Shown piece after piece: positions 61,874-64,000 of a stretch of DNA of 64,000 bases. Position 1 is the first letter of the stretch; each line of letters begins with the position of its first letter. The position numbers were made by a program, and so were the translations under genes. The DNA is from Candidatus Binatia bacterium (GTDB taxonomy: Bacteria > Desulfobacterota > Binatia > Bin18), in contig OY761159.2 of NCBI GenBank assembly GCA_963664395.2, positions 1,376,001 to 1,440,000 on the forward strand, read 5' to 3'. The notes under the pieces are model-generated. The model was not told the origin of the DNA, ran no database searches, and was given only the letters and a program-made list of their open reading frames with translations.

Positions 61874-63613
61874 TTAGCTGGGCTCGTTTGCTCCAGGTGT
61901 CTGCCTTTCCCGGACTTTCCCACCAAGGATATCAAGGGCGGTTTTGACCAGCGGGTCTACCGGCTTTACCGGGTTTGGCGGGTCTGGCGGGTTTGGTGGG
62001 TTTGGCTGACCTTGGGCGCTCTTGGGTAGCCGTTGTCCCCCCTTTTGCACGGCAACTTTCAGCTTCCGTCCAAAAAACTGTTCGGCAGATTCCTCTAAAA
62101 TTGTCCGATTCTCTTTCCGTGTCAGCTCCTTCAGATAGGGGTCCTTATCCACTCCAACCTGCAAAGCTGTCTGTGTCAAGTCAAGCAAATAGCTGGACTT
62201 CAAAGCAAAGAAGAGGGAGATTTTCTTTTTCTGAACCGTTGCAAGAAAGCCGTCCCACTGCTCGCCCTGTTCCAATTGATCCACGGTGCCACCCACCACA
62301 GCAGGGGCAGACGCAGGAGCGGAGGGAGAATGCGGGGGGGGAGCTTGCTGAGAGTGACCCTCAGCGTGTGGCACTGCGATTGTACCAGTACTCCGGGGGG
62401 GTTGCCGCGGCGGCGGCGGGGCTGATGGTGCTGGCCTGTCAGAAGTGACTGAGCGCATACTGCCGCTTCCCAATTGATGGTGCAGCTCTTCCAGTTTGGC
62501 AAGCGCTGCGTCGATGGGGAGAACGGGCGGCTGACTCGCAAGCTTGACCAGGGCCATCTCAATGACGAGCTGGGTATAGGCCGACCGCCGCACCGCCTCT
62601 TCTGTCTCCAACAGGAGCGAGAAGAAGCGCTGGAGATCCTCTCGTGAGCGTGAGGCAGCCTGTTTTTGAACTATCTCAACCTCGTGATCCGGAAGATCGG
62701 CCAGGACGGACAGGTCAGAACTCACTTTCGCAACAACGAGATCATGGAAATGTTCGAGCAGGTCGTGACAGAGTCGACGTGGATCATACCCGTATTGATA
62801 CAGATCGCCTGTCAGCCGGAGCACCTGAGCCGGGTCTTCGGCCAGTACCGCCTCAACCACACGAAACAGGGCCTGGCGGTCGGCGACGCCAAGGGCGTCT
62901 CGGACAGACGCTTCATCGACCCGGCCGTTACTCCACGCAACAACCTGGTCGAGGAGGGATTCGGCATCGCGCAGGCTCCCGTCGGCCTCACGCGCAAGCA
63001 GGGCGAGCCCGGCCTCATCACATTGAAAGCCTTCTTCTTGCGTGAGGTGTCTGAGCTGTTGTATGACGTCACGCAGTGGAATGCGCTTAAAGTCGTAGCG
63101 CTGGCAGCGAGACAGAATCGTCTGCAGAATTTTCTGCGACTCCGTTGTCGCAAAAATGAATTTCACATGCGCCGGGGGCTCTTCCAACGTTTTCAGGAGT
63201 GCATTGAACGCTGCATTTGAGAGCATATGCACTTCGTCGATAATAATGACGCGAAAACGGCCCTTTGCCGGTCGATACTGCACGCCTTCGGTCAAATCCC
63301 GGACATTGTCCACTCCAGTATGCGAGGCGCCATCGATTTCCAGGACGTCAATCGCGCTGCCGTTCGTAATCTCCTGACACTGGCTACACACATTACAGGG
63401 ATCTGGAGTTGGCCCGTTATCGCAATTCAACGCCTTGGCCAAGAGCCGGGCTGTTGTCGTTTTCCCTACCCCGCGCGGCCCGGTAAACAGGAAGGCATGA
63501 GCGACGCGATCACTGCGGATCGCATTCCGCAAGGTCCGGGTGACATGCTCTTGCCCAATGACTTCATCGAACGTCTGAGGGCGCCACTTCCGGGCAAGGA
63601 CTAAATAGCTCAT
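61874..63613 (-). CDS. dnaX: DNA polymerase III subunit gamma/tau
   Basis: YLVLARKWRPQTF, GPRGVGKTT, IDEVHML, AFNALLKTLEEPP, SRCQ. Confidence 0.97.
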   Translation of the reverse strand: MSYLVLARKWRPQTFDEVIGQEHVTRTLRNAIRSDRVAHAFLFTGPRGVGKTTTARLLAKALNCDNGPTPDPCNVCSQCQEITNGSAIDVLEIDGASHTGVDNVRDLTEGVQYRPAKGRFRVIIIDEVHMLSNAAFNALLKTLEEPPAHVKFIFATTESQKILQTILSRCQRYDFKRIPLRDVIQQLRHLTQEEGFQCDEAGLALLAREADGSLRDAESLLDQVVAWSNGRVDEASVRDALGVADRQALFRVVEAVLAEDPAQVLRLTGDLYQYGYDPRRLCHDLLEHFHDLVVAKVSSDLSVLADLPDHEVEIVQKQAASRSREDLQRFFSLLLETEEAVRRSAYTQLVIEMALVKLASQPPVLPIDAALAKLEELHHQLGSGSMRSVTSDRPAPSAPPPPRQPPRSTGTIAVPHAEGHSQQAPPPHSPSAPASAPAVVGGTVDQLEQGEQWDGFLATVQKKKISLFFALKSSYLLDLTQTALQVGVDKDPYLKELTRKENRTILEESAEQFFGRKLKVAVQKGGQRLPKSAQGQPNPPNPPDPPNPVKPVDPLVKTALDILGGKVRERQTPGANEPS

Positions 63614-63712
63614 ACCATAGCCGATAGTTTGGGCAGTTTGAGGCTGTCCGGTGCGTCACACATGGGGCGACATGCTCGCGCGCGATGTTCGGAACAGGTT
63701 GGGCGTCACTGA

Positions 63713-63815
63713 TGATAGCTAGGCTACCCTACGGCACAGGGAGAATTCCGGTACCGCTGCTTCCTTCCGGATCTGACGGATTTCCCGGCTTCCCTTGCGC
63801 AGGACCTAGCTATCA
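63713..63815 (-). ncRNA. ffs: Signal recognition particle RNA (4.5S)
   Basis: TCAGATCCGGAAGGAAGCAGC motif; closing stem TGATAGCTAGG/CCTAGCTATCA; located upstream of dnaX. Confidence 0.92.
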
Positions 63816-63822
63816 CCACTGA

Positions 63823-63909
63823 CGGAGAGGGAGGGATTCGAACCCTCGGTACCGTGAGGTACACACGATTTCCAGTCGTGCCCGATCGGCCTGACTCTGG
63901 CACCTCTCC
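63823..63909 (-). tRNA. tRNA-Ser(GGA), CCA not encoded
   Basis: GGAGAGGTGCCAGAGTCAGGCCGATCGGG-CACGACTGGAAATCGTG-long variable arm-GAGGGTTCGAATCCCTCCCTCTCCG. Confidence 0.93.
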
Positions 63910-64000
63910 CTTATGTCCACTCTCCAGGGTCACATGTGTGCAAGACGTTTACCACCTCCACAGGACTCCTGCAAGGAAGGGACACGCAGTCTAACGGACC

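Overview
GC-rich bacterial chromosome segment. The gene content resembles Binatota/deltaproteobacteria-like, possibly host-associated lineages; this is an inference. From left to right: (1) bamD with a long acidic tail running off the left edge. (2) A phosphate super-cluster: ppk1 divergent from mgtE, then acr3, a single-domain receiver, an OprO/P porin, pstSCAB, phoU, phoB and phoR. Four arrays of 11-bp-periodic Pho boxes are visible, one of them in front of acr3. (3) Housekeeping genes (cca, murF, purE, moeA, ilvE, SDR, rlmE), a yefM with a broken yoeB, and an orphan NorD-like VWA protein. (4) A minus-strand run: IsdG-like gene, tldD, tldE, a secreted metalloprotease and a pseudogenised TonB receptor. 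(5) An RRM gene with a two-state leader, then slyD. (6) An accessory region of about 19 kb next to tRNA-Asn. It holds an ino1/IMPase/IPCT-DIPPS inositol operon, a lexA remnant, several TA modules, and a type I R-M operon. That operon is headed by a translationally coupled nuclease-NTPase-helical repeat (Avs/STAND-like) gene of about 1370 aa and has TA cargo inserted between hsdS and hsdR. (7) Core genes recR, ybaB, dnaX, SRP RNA and tRNA-Ser. No CRISPR array, rRNA, integrase or transposase was seen. All protein calls come from motif recognition by eye; no searches were run.
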